Under the pieces are notes generated by a model, which saw only the letters and a program-made list of their open reading frames with translations, was not told where the DNA came from and did no database searches. From assembly GCA_043719805.1 (NCBI GenBank), contig JAYSTI010000001.1:151770-215769 (forward strand): DNA of 64,000 bases, given 5' to 3'. The position numbers and the translations under genes were made by a program. This document shows positions 1 through 8,293 of this stretch, piece after piece (position 1 is the stretch's first letter; each line of letters starts with the position of its first letter). Origin of the DNA: Candidatus Lloydbacteria bacterium. Its GTDB lineage: Bacteria; Patescibacteriota; Minisyncoccia; Phycocordibacterales; UBA6899.

Positions 1-353
1 ATATCGTGCGACCAAAACAAATCGAGGTCTTTGATGGATTCAATGTGAAAGATAAGACGGCTCGCTCCGAGCGGAAGCCACTCATCAATGTGCTTCTCCG
101 GCTCGCCTATCATAAGGTCTATTTCGTAGTCGAGGTCTTCCCAAAACGGCAATCCTTCGTCCTGTGCCATGAGCGCGACAAAATGCGGCTCCTTTCTCGT
201 GCCCCCTTCCGAGTACGGCCAACTCTTTGATTTTACAAATGCACCATCCATCACGTCTATCTGCGCAAGTGGCACAAGAGAGCGCACGCGTGAAGCCTTT
301 GCAAGAAGGTCCTCGTAGGCATCGGGCATTATTGCCGGGATTATTTCTATCAT
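1..353 (-). CDS. rpe: Ribulose-phosphate 3-epimerase-like protein, partial (N-terminal ~117 aa; ORF runs off the left edge of the window)
   Basis: Open minus-strand frame from ATG at ~353 to position 1 with no stop. Translation MIEIIPAIMPDAYEDLLAKASRV..LAQIDVMDGAFV...EIDLMIGEPEKHIDEWLPLGASRLIFHIES fits the Rpe pattern (D[VI]MDG.FV ... DVHLMV.PE ... GAD.I.FH.E). Pentose-phosphate context next to rpiB. Not in the ORF track because it is truncated. Confidence 0.5.
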   Translation of the reverse strand, partial: MIEIIPAIMPDAYEDLLAKASRVRSLVPLAQIDVMDGAFVKSKSWPYSEGGTRKEPHFVALMAQDEGLPFWEDLDYEIDLMIGEPEKHIDEWLPLGASRLIFHIESIKDLDLFWSHD

Positions 354-431
354 TCGAAGACTATACCACACCAATTGACTTATGTAACTGGTATCGCTAA
401 CATGTCTAAAGTTACACACAGGAGAAATTCC

Positions 432-608
432 ATGTTCCTCGGACCTATTCTCATTCTCATCTTTGTCGGTGGACTCATCGCCTGGCTCTCAATCAAACTG
501 CGTCAAAAGCACAGGGCGCTGAAGCTTATCCGTGAATTTGCCGAGCAAGAAAAACCCGGAGGTGCAGTAGACAGCATTCGAAACGTGCTCACTTCCCACG
601 GATATTGA
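432..608 (+). CDS. small membrane protein (58 aa, one TM helix)
   Basis: ATG at 432 preceded by GGAGA 6 nt upstream. Hydrophobic MFLGPILILIFVGGLIAWLSI. Followed by a hairpin plus T-run. Confidence 0.4.
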   Translation: MFLGPILILIFVGGLIAWLSIKLRQKHRALKLIREFAEQEKPGGAVDSIRNVLTSHGY

Positions 609-622
609 TCCCACTTCACCCA

Positions 623-648
623 ACCGCCATAGAGCGGTCTTTTGTTTA
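623..648 (+). terminator. putative intrinsic terminator (ACCGC-cataga-GCGGT + CTTTTGTTT)
   Basis: 5-bp GC stem followed by a T-rich run directly after the small-ORF stop codon. Confidence 0.35.
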
Positions 649-760
649 AAAAAACTCTTTTAAACGAAAGTATTCCATTTTTAAAAAACCGCTCAGAATT
701 TTCCTCCCCAGCGAGGAGAATATCTACTTTGTGAGGACTCAACGGGCCGTATTTCCTTAC

Positions 761-858
761 GAGCGAGATATTGCTTTTTTGGGGGGCTACGGACCGCGGC
801 GGCGGGAGTCTGAGGAAAAAGTCAGCAGACTTTTATCCGTGCCCTCAAAAAGCAATGT
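761..858. repeat. Family-1 intergenic structured element, copy A (~98 nt). Long imperfect terminal inverted repeat (ATTGCTTTTTTGGGGGGCTACGG / CCGTGCCCTCAAAAAGCAAT) around a GC-rich core with inner hairpin AGTCTG..CAGACT
   Basis: ~90% identical to 1951-2048. Both copies lie immediately 3' of minus-strand genes (rpiB, gap). The spurious plus ORFs 731..1015 and 1968..2375 are translations of this repeat (shared GYGPRRRESE.KVSRL). Confidence 0.7.
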
Positions 859-868
859 CGTGCGACCT

Positions 869-1330
869 CTACCGGTAGGGCCAGATCTTCTCAATCTTCC
901 TCAACCGCCGCACGTGTCGCTCATCTTCGGTAAACGGTGTCTCAAGCCAAACTTTTACTGCCGCCTTTGCTTCTTCGAGCGTGAGACGTCGTGCCGCGAG
1001 AGAAAGTACGTTTGAATTGTTGTGCTCGCGACTTAGTTTCAAAATGTCGAGGTCACCACCATAGAAAACTACACACCTCACGTTCGGAAAACGATTCGCG
1101 ACTATCGCCTCGCCCTGCCCCGAGCCACCAAGCACAATACCCTTCGACCCATTCGGGTCATGTGACACTTCTTGTGCGGCAAGCTGAATGAAATCAGGAT
1201 AATCATCCGACACGTCATTCTGATGTGCACCCATGTCGGCCACGGTATACCCGAGATCCTTCTCAACGTAAGAAGCAATAGCCTCTTTCATCTCATACCC
1301 CGCATGATCCGTCGCAATGTAGATTTTCAT
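869..1330 (-). CDS. rpiB: ribose-5-phosphate isomerase B (RpiB/LacAB family)
   Basis: MKIYIATDHAGYEMKEAI...GIVLGGSGQGEAIVANRFPNVRCV is the canonical RpiB N-terminus and active-site region. Confidence 0.9.
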   Translation of the reverse strand: MKIYIATDHAGYEMKEAIASYVEKDLGYTVADMGAHQNDVSDDYPDFIQLAAQEVSHDPNGSKGIVLGGSGQGEAIVANRFPNVRCVVFYGGDLDILKLSREHNNSNVLSLAARRLTLEEAKAAVKVWLETPFTEDERHVRRLRKIEKIWPYR

Positions 1331-1386
1331 ATGTTCATTGTACTAGTGGGTCCTGTTTTTGTAAAAAATTCAAATGCTAATACGAT

Positions 1387-1860
1387 TTACTGAGGAAACT
1401 TTCCGCGCACCTTCATCCAAAGCTTACCGAGCATATTCTGCCCTGTTCCATCCACACCAGCTCCCCAATAATCATCAATCGGAGAATTTTCTATCAACTT
1501 TTTCCCGCCTGACGCCTTGAGCATTCTTTGCACCTTCTCGTGCTGATTTGCCTTCGCGGTGAGTATTTCTTCCATGATTTGTAGCTTGTTCTCGTGCCAC
1601 ACTGCAGGAACTTTTGACTTATGCAAATCAGAAATTTTTTTTACCGCACTCGGACTGGAGGCGTGCAAAATTTCTTCTGCTATCTCCGGTTGAACCACAA
1701 AAAACTTATTCCATTGATATGCATGTTCCGCGGTCGGAAATTTAGTCCCCCAGATTTCCACCACATATGCAGAAAAATTATCCAATACATAAAATACCGG
1801 GGTATAAAAATATATCTCGTTATCTGTCTCGCTATTTCGTTCGTTATTATTTATTTCCAT
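1387..1860 (-). CDS. NADAR (YbiA-like, DUF1768) family protein
   Basis: FYTPVFYVLDNFSAYVVEIWGTKFPTAEHAYQWNKF matches the NADAR core (F.LSNF...E..Y...SEHAFQ..KF). Confidence 0.7.
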   Translation of the reverse strand: MEINNNERNSETDNEIYFYTPVFYVLDNFSAYVVEIWGTKFPTAEHAYQWNKFFVVQPEIAEEILHASSPSAVKKISDLHKSKVPAVWHENKLQIMEEILTAKANQHEKVQRMLKASGGKKLIENSPIDDYWGAGVDGTGQNMLGKLWMKVRGKFPQ

Positions 1861-1950
1861 TCTTTTCGAAAACCATAGGATTCTTAATTTGAAATTTTGA
1901 TGCTGTGCAATGAGAATTCGTGTTAATTAGGATATAATTCAAAATTTTTC

Positions 1951-2048
1951 GAGCGAGGTATTCCTTTTTGAGGGGCTACGGACCGCGGCGGCGGGAGTCT
2001 GAGAAAAAAGTTAGCCGACTTTCATCCGCGCCCTCCAAAGGCAATGCC
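1951..2048. repeat. Family-1 intergenic structured element, copy B
   Basis: Aligns base-for-base with 761-858 (GAGCGAGGTATTCCTTTTTGAGGGGCTACGGACCGCGGCGGCGGGAGTCTGAGAAAAAAGTTAGCCGACTTTCATCCGCGCCCTCCAAAGGCAATG). Sits between the gap stop codon and the NADAR promoter. Confidence 0.7.
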
Positions 2049-2057
2049 GAGCGGCGC

Positions 2058-3107
2058 TTACACGAATTTCGCCACCTCCAACACATGAAGCATGAGTGTG
2101 TTCGTATACCCCATCTCATTGTCGTACCAACTCATCACCTTCACCAAGTTTCCATCAACAACGCGCGTGAGCTCAAGGTCGGCAATTGCACCGTGCAAAT
2201 TGCCGATGATATCAGACGACACCAGTGGCTCCTCGGTCACGGTGAATATACCCGCCCATCGTGGATCCTTCGCAGCGTCACGGAGAATTTGGTTTACTTC
2301 TTCCGTCGTCGTATTGCGCTTCGATATAAACGTGATATCGGCGATAGAACCGGCGATAACGGGGACGCGCATTGAGATTCCGTCGAACTTACCCTTGATA
2401 TCGCAGATAACTTCACCGACGGCAACTGCGGCTCCTGTTGAAGCAGGAATCATGTTCTGTGATGCGGCGCGACCACCACGCTGGTCTTTTCCTCCGGGAC
2501 TGTCGACGACGCGCTGTGTGCCAGTCATGGCATGAGTGGTATTCAAAAGCGCCTTCTCGATGCCTATCGCTTCATTTAATATTTGAATAATCGGACCTGA
2601 CGCATTCGTCGTGCACGATGCATTCGAAGATATCTGGCAGGTTGCAAGCTTTTCATGATTGATGCCCATAAGTACCATTGCGCACTCAACCCCGTCTGTC
2701 GTCGTCCCTTTTGCGGGACCGGTGATGACCACGCGCTTTGCACCAGAAGTGAGATGCACCTGTGCCTTTCCGTAATCAGTAAAGAAACCAGTCGATTCAA
2801 TGACGATATCAATATCATATTTCCCCCATGGAAGCTTGGTCGCATCTTTCTCTTGAACCAACACGACCTTGTGTCCACCGTCGGTAAATCCCGCTGGAGA
2901 TTCTCCCGATGCAGCCGAAACGGATACAGCAAAATCTGCCACCCCGTAAGCAGTGTCATACTTTAGTAAGTAGGCCATGTTCTCAGGATCACCAAGGTCA
3001 TTCACGGCAACAATCTCGAATTCCGGCCTCGAGCGCGCAAGCTTATAAAATGCGCGACCGATGCGTCCAAAACCATTGATTGCTATCCGTACTTTTTTGT
3101 CTGACAT
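2058..3107 (-). CDS. gap: glyceraldehyde-3-phosphate dehydrogenase
   Basis: MSDKKVRIAINGFGRIGR (NAD-binding) and SNASCTTN (catalytic Cys) motifs. 349 aa. Confidence 0.95.
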   Translation of the reverse strand: MSDKKVRIAINGFGRIGRAFYKLARSRPEFEIVAVNDLGDPENMAYLLKYDTAYGVADFAVSVSAASGESPAGFTDGGHKVVLVQEKDATKLPWGKYDIDIVIESTGFFTDYGKAQVHLTSGAKRVVITGPAKGTTTDGVECAMVLMGINHEKLATCQISSNASCTTNASGPIIQILNEAIGIEKALLNTTHAMTGTQRVVDSPGGKDQRGGRAASQNMIPASTGAAVAVGEVICDIKGKFDGISMRVPVIAGSIADITFISKRNTTTEEVNQILRDAAKDPRWAGIFTVTEEPLVSSDIIGNLHGAIADLELTRVVDGNLVKVMSWYDNEMGYTNTLMLHVLEVAKFV

Positions 3108-3169
3108 GACGAGCGTGAATTAACTTGTATATTAAAGGTCGTTATTCATTATATTTCCCTTTTCACTTT

Positions 3170-3428
3170 TTGTCGCGGGGTCGCTCGCTATAGGCCATAA
3201 GTAACTGTTACCACACTCTCCCTGGATGGGCAGAGTCGTCACAGTGAAAGTGGATGGTGGAGCGAAATTCCTCGGAATTGACCCCGCTTCGGTGTCGCTG
3301 GTGTCAGGAGACTGGTACTTCCCGCTCCGTCCGGCCGCGAACAGTGACCACTTTCACGCACCACATCCTCCGCTCGCCAGTGCGTAGTGCAGAAAGCGCC
3401 CGACTCAGTCGGGCGCGCTTTTTTTATT
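3170..3428 (+). ncRNA. putative structured ncRNA of unknown class (~250 nt, ~58% GC in an AT-rich intergenic region), ending in a strong intrinsic terminator
   Basis: No ORF on the plus strand. Nested complementary segments: GCGGGGTC/GACCCCGC, GTGAAAGTGG/CCACTTTCAC, GTAACtGTTAC and AATTCcucgGAATT hairpins. Terminal GCGCCCGAC-tca-GTCGGGCGC + TTTTTTT. Checked by eye against RNase P, tmRNA and SRP consensus motifs and none is present. Confidence 0.3.
3394..3426 (+). terminator. rho-independent terminator (9-bp GC stem + U7)
   Basis: AGCGCCCGACTCAGTCGGGCGCGCTTTTTTT. Plus-strand oriented; the minus-strand version has only UUUC, so it is a weak terminator for the surface-protein gene. Confidence 0.6.
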
Positions 3429-3436
3429 TGTGAACA

Positions 3437-6400
3437 CTAAATCAGGAAGTCCTCTGACACGACACCCTTCGTGAGCGCAAGATCCTTCGTACGCAACACT
3501 TCGTGATAGGTGCCATCGGGAAGTTTTTCTTCAATGGTGATGAAGTAGGTGCCGGGTGGAATCAAGAAGTAAAATTTTCCTGTTTCGTCGGTGACGGTTT
3601 TCTTTACCACTGTGTTTAATCCCGGCAACCATACTTTAATGAGCGCGAACGGAATTGGTTTCTTTGTGATTCTATTTAAAACGCGCGTAACTTTGTGTGT
3701 CGCTCTCCAGAATATTTGGAAGCCGATGATGCCGACATAGACAACCACAACAAACACATTCAACGCCGATGGCGACAGGAAGAGTGTCAACGATGAAAAT
3801 ACGAAACCAATATAGAAAATGATGTTGAATATCCACATGCGAATATTCGCACGCTTCGAATAGACTTGGAATACTTGGTCTTGGTTTTTCGCAAATTCAT
3901 TCCAGTCAAACTCGACGGGGTCCAGGGGAATATTGTAGGTAACAGCACCACCCTCCCGCACTTGGAACGGATCACCGAAATACAGATTCTCGTAGAATTC
4001 GTCTCGTGCACGACCCTTCAGTTTGTCCGACGGGAATTTGTAATGCGTTTTATTGGCAACAATGACGTATTCTCCGGGATTCAAAAGAAATCCGTAGCGG
4101 CCGTCGAGATCTGTGATTGCCTCGCCTTTGGATTTCTGCGTATCGCGTACTTGCGCAATTACATATGCCGGGTCGAGCGGGCGCTTCGTCACCGAGTCGT
4201 AGACCACACCCCACGGCTCGTGTCGTTTGCGACGGAATATTCCCGTGATGAGTCCAATTAACTTAAGTATCAATAGATAGATGTCATAGACAGACCCCAC
4301 ATTCGTTGCAAGCAAGACTGCCTGCCCGGCACCGATGGCAACTCCGATGGGGGCGGCGATGGGGGCGATATTTTGCACCGGTACCTGAATGTCTTCAATC
4401 GCCTGATTTACCGCTTGCGCGATTGCGGGAGGAATAATCGAGGGTAATTTTATAGGAAGATACACATCGAAAATTCCGAGAAGCCGCGCAATGCCCTTAT
4501 TCTCGTGATCAACAATGCTGATTGTGAACGGATACCTACCGTCCTCTGTGAATATTGGAATGACACCTTCGTAAACAGTTTTTGACTTGTTTACGTTGAG
4601 GAGGTACGAGAGTTCCTTGTTGCGCTGATTTGGGTCAGTAATGGTGATTGCAATCGTTTTTAGTACATCAGGAAGTTTATTGTAGTTGATAGAAACACGA
4701 ACATTTTTTTCCCCGTTTGTCCGCACTATGCCGTTGCGCTGCGGAAGCACTACTTCAGTTGCACCTACCTGTGTAAAAATAAAATCGTTGAGTGTAATGG
4801 CTAAAATCGCCGCACTCGGCGTCCCGGTTGCGGGGAAATTAATGAATGGCCCGCTTGTCGTGCTCGTGATTGGCGGGAAGATAGGTGTCGGCGGAGTCGT
4901 CGAACCGGTGCCGCCCGGTGGTGGTGGGGGCGTGGTGCACACTCCCCCCGTGTCTATTCCCGTCTCATCTTGATTCATTATGCCGTCATAACACGTCGCG
5001 GAAGGCGGAGGGGGTGGAGCGGCACACACTCCTCCGGTGTCTATGCCTGTCTCGTTTTGATTCATGATGCCGTCAAAACAGGTCTCCGGAGGGGGCGGTG
5101 GAATAATGCCTGTATCCGTCGTCGCCGAAACGATTGAGCCGGATGAATAATTAAGTGCAGCATCGCGCGCAAATGCAGTGTAATAATAGAGCGTTCCAGT
5201 TGCACGACCAGTATCAATGACCGACTGCGCACTTCCTTCATAGACCAACACGCCATCAGTAGGATTTGCCGGGTATCCGGTCACGCGGCGCAAAATGCGC
5301 ACCGCCTGAAAGTCCACGTCCGGAGGATTGACCCACGAAAGCGAAATGGTAGTAAGAGACGGCGTCGCGGAAAATGCGCTCGGATTTGCGGGCGGGGTCG
5401 TATCAGGAGGTGGTGGCGGATTTTGTGTCGTGAATGAACCGGTATACGCAATGCTTATATTGTTTGAAATGTCTTTAGCGGTGATACGAAAATAATACAA
5501 CGTATTTGTGGCGAGACTACCGACGCCGATGGAATGCGCGAGGCCATACACAATCTCACTTGCAGACCCGCCGGCGTACGCCGTCGTTGTTCCCCACTCC
5601 ATGGTACCGATTGCACTTTTATTCGTCGTGAAAACAACTGTTCCTGTGGTGTATGTCGAAGTGGCGGACACTGCCGATATGACTGGCGGAGTATTGTCGA
5701 ATATCGTAAACGACCATGTCCCCGATCCGGAAATTCCCGCAAACAGATTACCCGCAATATCGGCAATTGCCGTCGCGGTAATCTCCACATAATATTGTGT
5801 CGCAGATAAAAGTGGCGCGGAAAGCGTGATCGTGGCCAACGAACCGGAAACAACTACTTGCCCGCTATTCGAGGGGATGGTCTCCACGATGCTCGCATCA
5901 CTCTGCTTTTTTACATAGATGGTCCCCGCCATCGCAGCGACATTTTCGGAAAATGTTATCCGTAGCGTCGTGGTCGCCGCAACTCCGGACGCACCGTTCA
6001 AGGGATTGAGGCTGCCTATGGTCGGTGGTGTCGTATCAGGTGGAGGGGGTGGAGGGCCACCGCCGTTGGTTGTCGCACTCGCCGGTCCCGATTGTCCGGA
6101 ATAATTATTTGACGCATCAAATGCCTCCACGGTGTAGCTGTAGAGTGTCGACGCAGTGAGTCCGGTATCCGAATATGTAACGAGCGTGGTCGTCGCAATG
6201 GCAACTCCACCGCGACGCACCACATATCCGGCAACAGCGACATTGTCGGTCGACGCTGTCCATGCGAGATTAATCTGCGAACTAGAAATAGGCGTCGCAC
6301 CAAGTCCGGCCGGAATACTTGGCGGAGTCGCATCGGAAGTCACGACAACCCCGATAGTAAATTGATTTCCCGCAGCTAGCGCAACGGGTAACAACTGCCC

Positions 6401-6472
6401 AGCAAAGAAAGACAATATCAAAAAGAAACTCATCACCGAAAATATTTTTTTGTTATTCTTTTCTGCGGACAT
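3437..6472 (-). CDS. large cell-surface protein (1011 aa): signal peptide, several FN3/Ig-like modules joined by poly-Pro linkers, two Cys-rich repeats, C-terminal TM segments and prealbumin-like beta domains
   Basis: N-terminal MSFFLILSFFAGQLLPVALAAG signal. Repeated PPPPPDTTPP linkers and 'LAWTASTDN' / 'SLSWVNPPD' FN3-like cores. Hydrophobic helices in the C-terminal third. Confidence 0.8.
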   Translation of the reverse strand: MSAEKNNKKIFSVMSFFLILSFFAGQLLPVALAAGNQFTIGVVVTSDATPPSIPAGLGATPISSSQINLAWTASTDNVAVAGYVVRRGGVAIATTTLVTYSDTGLTASTLYSYTVEAFDASNNYSGQSGPASATTNGGGPPPPPPDTTPPTIGSLNPLNGASGVAATTTLRITFSENVAAMAGTIYVKKQSDASIVETIPSNSGQVVVSGSLATITLSAPLLSATQYYVEITATAIADIAGNLFAGISGSGTWSFTIFDNTPPVISAVSATSTYTTGTVVFTTNKSAIGTMEWGTTTAYAGGSASEIVYGLAHSIGVGSLATNTLYYFRITAKDISNNISIAYTGSFTTQNPPPPPDTTPPANPSAFSATPSLTTISLSWVNPPDVDFQAVRILRRVTGYPANPTDGVLVYEGSAQSVIDTGRATGTLYYYTAFARDAALNYSSGSIVSATTDTGIIPPPPPETCFDGIMNQNETGIDTGGVCAAPPPPPSATCYDGIMNQDETGIDTGGVCTTPPPPPGGTGSTTPPTPIFPPITSTTSGPFINFPATGTPSAAILAITLNDFIFTQVGATEVVLPQRNGIVRTNGEKNVRVSINYNKLPDVLKTIAITITDPNQRNKELSYLLNVNKSKTVYEGVIPIFTEDGRYPFTISIVDHENKGIARLLGIFDVYLPIKLPSIIPPAIAQAVNQAIEDIQVPVQNIAPIAAPIGVAIGAGQAVLLATNVGSVYDIYLLILKLIGLITGIFRRKRHEPWGVVYDSVTKRPLDPAYVIAQVRDTQKSKGEAITDLDGRYGFLLNPGEYVIVANKTHYKFPSDKLKGRARDEFYENLYFGDPFQVREGGAVTYNIPLDPVEFDWNEFAKNQDQVFQVYSKRANIRMWIFNIIFYIGFVFSSLTLFLSPSALNVFVVVVYVGIIGFQIFWRATHKVTRVLNRITKKPIPFALIKVWLPGLNTVVKKTVTDETGKFYFLIPPGTYFITIEEKLPDGTYHEVLRTKDLALTKGVVSEDFLI
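4930..5100 (-). repeat. in-frame tandem duplication (~84-nt unit, 2 copies) inside the surface-protein gene, encoding PPPPP..TC[FY]DGIMNQ[ND]ETGIDTGGVC
   Basis: Near-identical nucleotide units. The Cys-x-DG..N..E.G.D.GG.C pattern resembles Cys-rich calcium-binding-type repeats. Confidence 0.6.
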
Positions 6473-6503
6473 TGTTGAAAAACTAGCAAGAACGCACGAC
6501 GAA

Positions 6504-7274
6504 CTAATTAGGAAGCACGGTCAGTGTCGCAGTAGCGGTATAGCTCCCCGCCACCTGTACATTTAAGGCGCCGGACCCCGCACGAAAGCGAATTGTTATT
6601 GCGGTACCACTCGGACTATTCGGTGTGGTGCGCGACACAATAGTTTCGACGGACGCAAGCAATGGACCCCAACACGCACTCGCCGTATTACTACTGCCGA
6701 CATTACACAATGCCACACCATTGTCATTGTATTTTTGCACAATATCAGTCCCCTCCGGCGAAAAACCAAAACGGCTCGCTGCGGCGGGCGTTGTGAAGGT
6801 GAAATCGGGGTCTGCTCCGGCGGGTACATAGTTGGCAAAATTGTTTGCACCCGAAGCAAGTGCCGGGGTTCCTGATGCGCGAATATTCATGCTGTATCCC
6901 GCTGCATTATCGGTCGTCACTGTCCACACTGAAAATCCATTCGCGATTCCTCCACCCGTCGCCGGAACATTAGGTGCAAGCGTGATATTTCCCGGTGCAG
7001 TGATGGCCAGATAGACCTGCTGCATCTGCTGATATCCCGCTTTGATGTTGAAGCTTGCGGATGATGAAGTGCCAACCCCTTCTTCGCCAACTGTGTCCTC
7101 GGCGCGGTATGAAGTCGACGTAGAGAGCACGCCGCCCACGTTCACGCTGTCCGTCTGAATGCGATAGCTCGTACTTGAAGAAATATATGCGTAGGCCGCC
7201 GGTGCAAAAACTATCATCACGGCAAGCGCAAGAAATGAGAACGAACATGTGCGGGAAAAAGTGTTCATGGTCAT
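6504..7274 (-). CDS. secreted protein, possible WxL-domain (csc-like) surface protein
   Basis: Signal peptide MTMNTFSRTCSFSFLALAVMIVFAPAAYA. Ser/Thr/Gly-rich beta-type composition. C-terminus GSYTATATLTVLPN resembles the WxL C-terminal motif (tYtatLTWtL.daP). Start overlaps the upstream stop as ATGA. Confidence 0.55.
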   Translation of the reverse strand: MTMNTFSRTCSFSFLALAVMIVFAPAAYAYISSSTSYRIQTDSVNVGGVLSTSTSYRAEDTVGEEGVGTSSSASFNIKAGYQQMQQVYLAITAPGNITLAPNVPATGGGIANGFSVWTVTTDNAAGYSMNIRASGTPALASGANNFANYVPAGADPDFTFTTPAAASRFGFSPEGTDIVQKYNDNGVALCNVGSSNTASACWGPLLASVETIVSRTTPNSPSGTAITIRFRAGSGALNVQVAGSYTATATLTVLPN

Positions 7275-8293
7275 GAAACTCGATGCTTAGACAACTGAAG
7301 TGAGCGACGAACGAGCCACACCAAGCCGACAAATACAATTGCAATCAATATCATTCCCTCAGTTCCCGGAACAATCCAAAATCCCACTTGATTTTCATCA
7401 ACGATGTCCTGATAACCACGATTGAGCTCGAGATGTGCGGTGTAATAACCGATAGAAAGTGACTCGCGTACATCGACCTCGCTCATGAGCGTCGCACCCG
7501 GAAGTACTGCGTAGGGTGGGATGATGATGACTTTTGATTTACCGATGAGCGGAGAGAGCGTCATGCGTCCGTACGGATTCACGTGAACAGCGCCGGTGTT
7601 TTCATATGCAACCTGAAATCGCAGTGGGGCATCTGCCGATGGTGCGCCTGACGTTTTTACATTATTGAAAAGTCCGAATGCGACAAGATGCCCCTCTTCT
7701 TTTGCGCTCCCAAGTATGCGCACGTAAAAAAGCGTCGCGAGCCTGCTCTCTATTGCGACGTTCGCATTTTGCTCCTTGCCCTCCGTCAATATCGGCTTGA
7801 AAGTAAGGACAACAGAGCCGAACCTCCCCCCGGCTTCCGCGTCCTGTGGGATTCGCACCGTAATCGGAATCTGTGCTTCTTGCCCGGAGAGAATATCAAC
7901 GGACTTCTTGCTTGTATGAAAAAGATCCTTAATTGGATACGCTCCGCCATTCGTGCCGAGTAGTGTGACGGGCTGGTCATTGGGAGAGGTCTGCACACTC
8001 GGTGCGACGTCTTCATAAGACACAGTCACCGAAAGCGGGAGCGCTGTCCCATTGGAAAGCGTAAGCATCGTCGTCTGTTCCGCCCCGGGTAAAATTGAAA
8101 GCTCAATCTTAGCCGGACGAACAACAAAAGCACCGGTCGGTAGTTGTGTCTCCGCTGACGAGATGACGGGCAAGGAGAGGAGTGCAAAAAAAAGCACAAC
8201 CATAGCCAACAATCGCCCCACAAGAGTGGTGTGTTTCTTCATTGCTCTATTATATGAATAAATGGGGCGACTTGCTATCCCCATCTCATTCAT
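7271..8293 (-). CDS. cell-surface protein, DUF916/DUF3324-like (signal peptide, Ig-like beta domain, C-terminal TM anchor + basic tail)
   Basis: MKKHTTLVGRLLAMVVLFFALLSLPVISSA signal. 'AFVVRPAKIELSILPGAEQTTMLTLSNGTALPLSV' Ig-like strand pattern. C-terminal MILIAIVFVGLVWLVRRS anchor. 340 aa matches CscA-like proteins. TAATG overlap with the upstream gene. Confidence 0.6.
   Translation of the reverse strand: MNEMGIASRPIYSYNRAMKKHTTLVGRLLAMVVLFFALLSLPVISSAETQLPTGAFVVRPAKIELSILPGAEQTTMLTLSNGTALPLSVTVSYEDVAPSVQTSPNDQPVTLLGTNGGAYPIKDLFHTSKKSVDILSGQEAQIPITVRIPQDAEAGGRFGSVVLTFKPILTEGKEQNANVAIESRLATLFYVRILGSAKEEGHLVAFGLFNNVKTSGAPSADAPLRFQVAYENTGAVHVNPYGRMTLSPLIGKSKVIIIPPYAVLPGATLMSEVDVRESLSIGYYTAHLELNRGYQDIVDENQVGFWIVPGTEGMILIAIVFVGLVWLVRRSLQLSKHRVS

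Noticed and set aside
731-1015. ORF-track plus-strand ORFs 731..1015 and 1968..2375 sharing GYGPRRRESE.KVSRL.S.PSK.N
   Set aside because: They are translations of the two Family-1 repeat copies and overlap or abut real minus-strand genes (rpiB, gap). The similarity is at nucleotide level, so they are not protein-coding.
3170-3428. Possibility that the structured intergenic RNA is RNase P RNA, tmRNA or SRP RNA
   Set aside because: No GGAAAGUCCGG / ACAGAAxCCGGCUUA (RNase P P4), no tRNA-like T-loop GGUUCGAAUCC or tag-peptide frame (tmRNA), no GGAAG...AGCAG helix-8 motif (SRP). It is also too short for RNase P or tmRNA. Left as an unclassified candidate.
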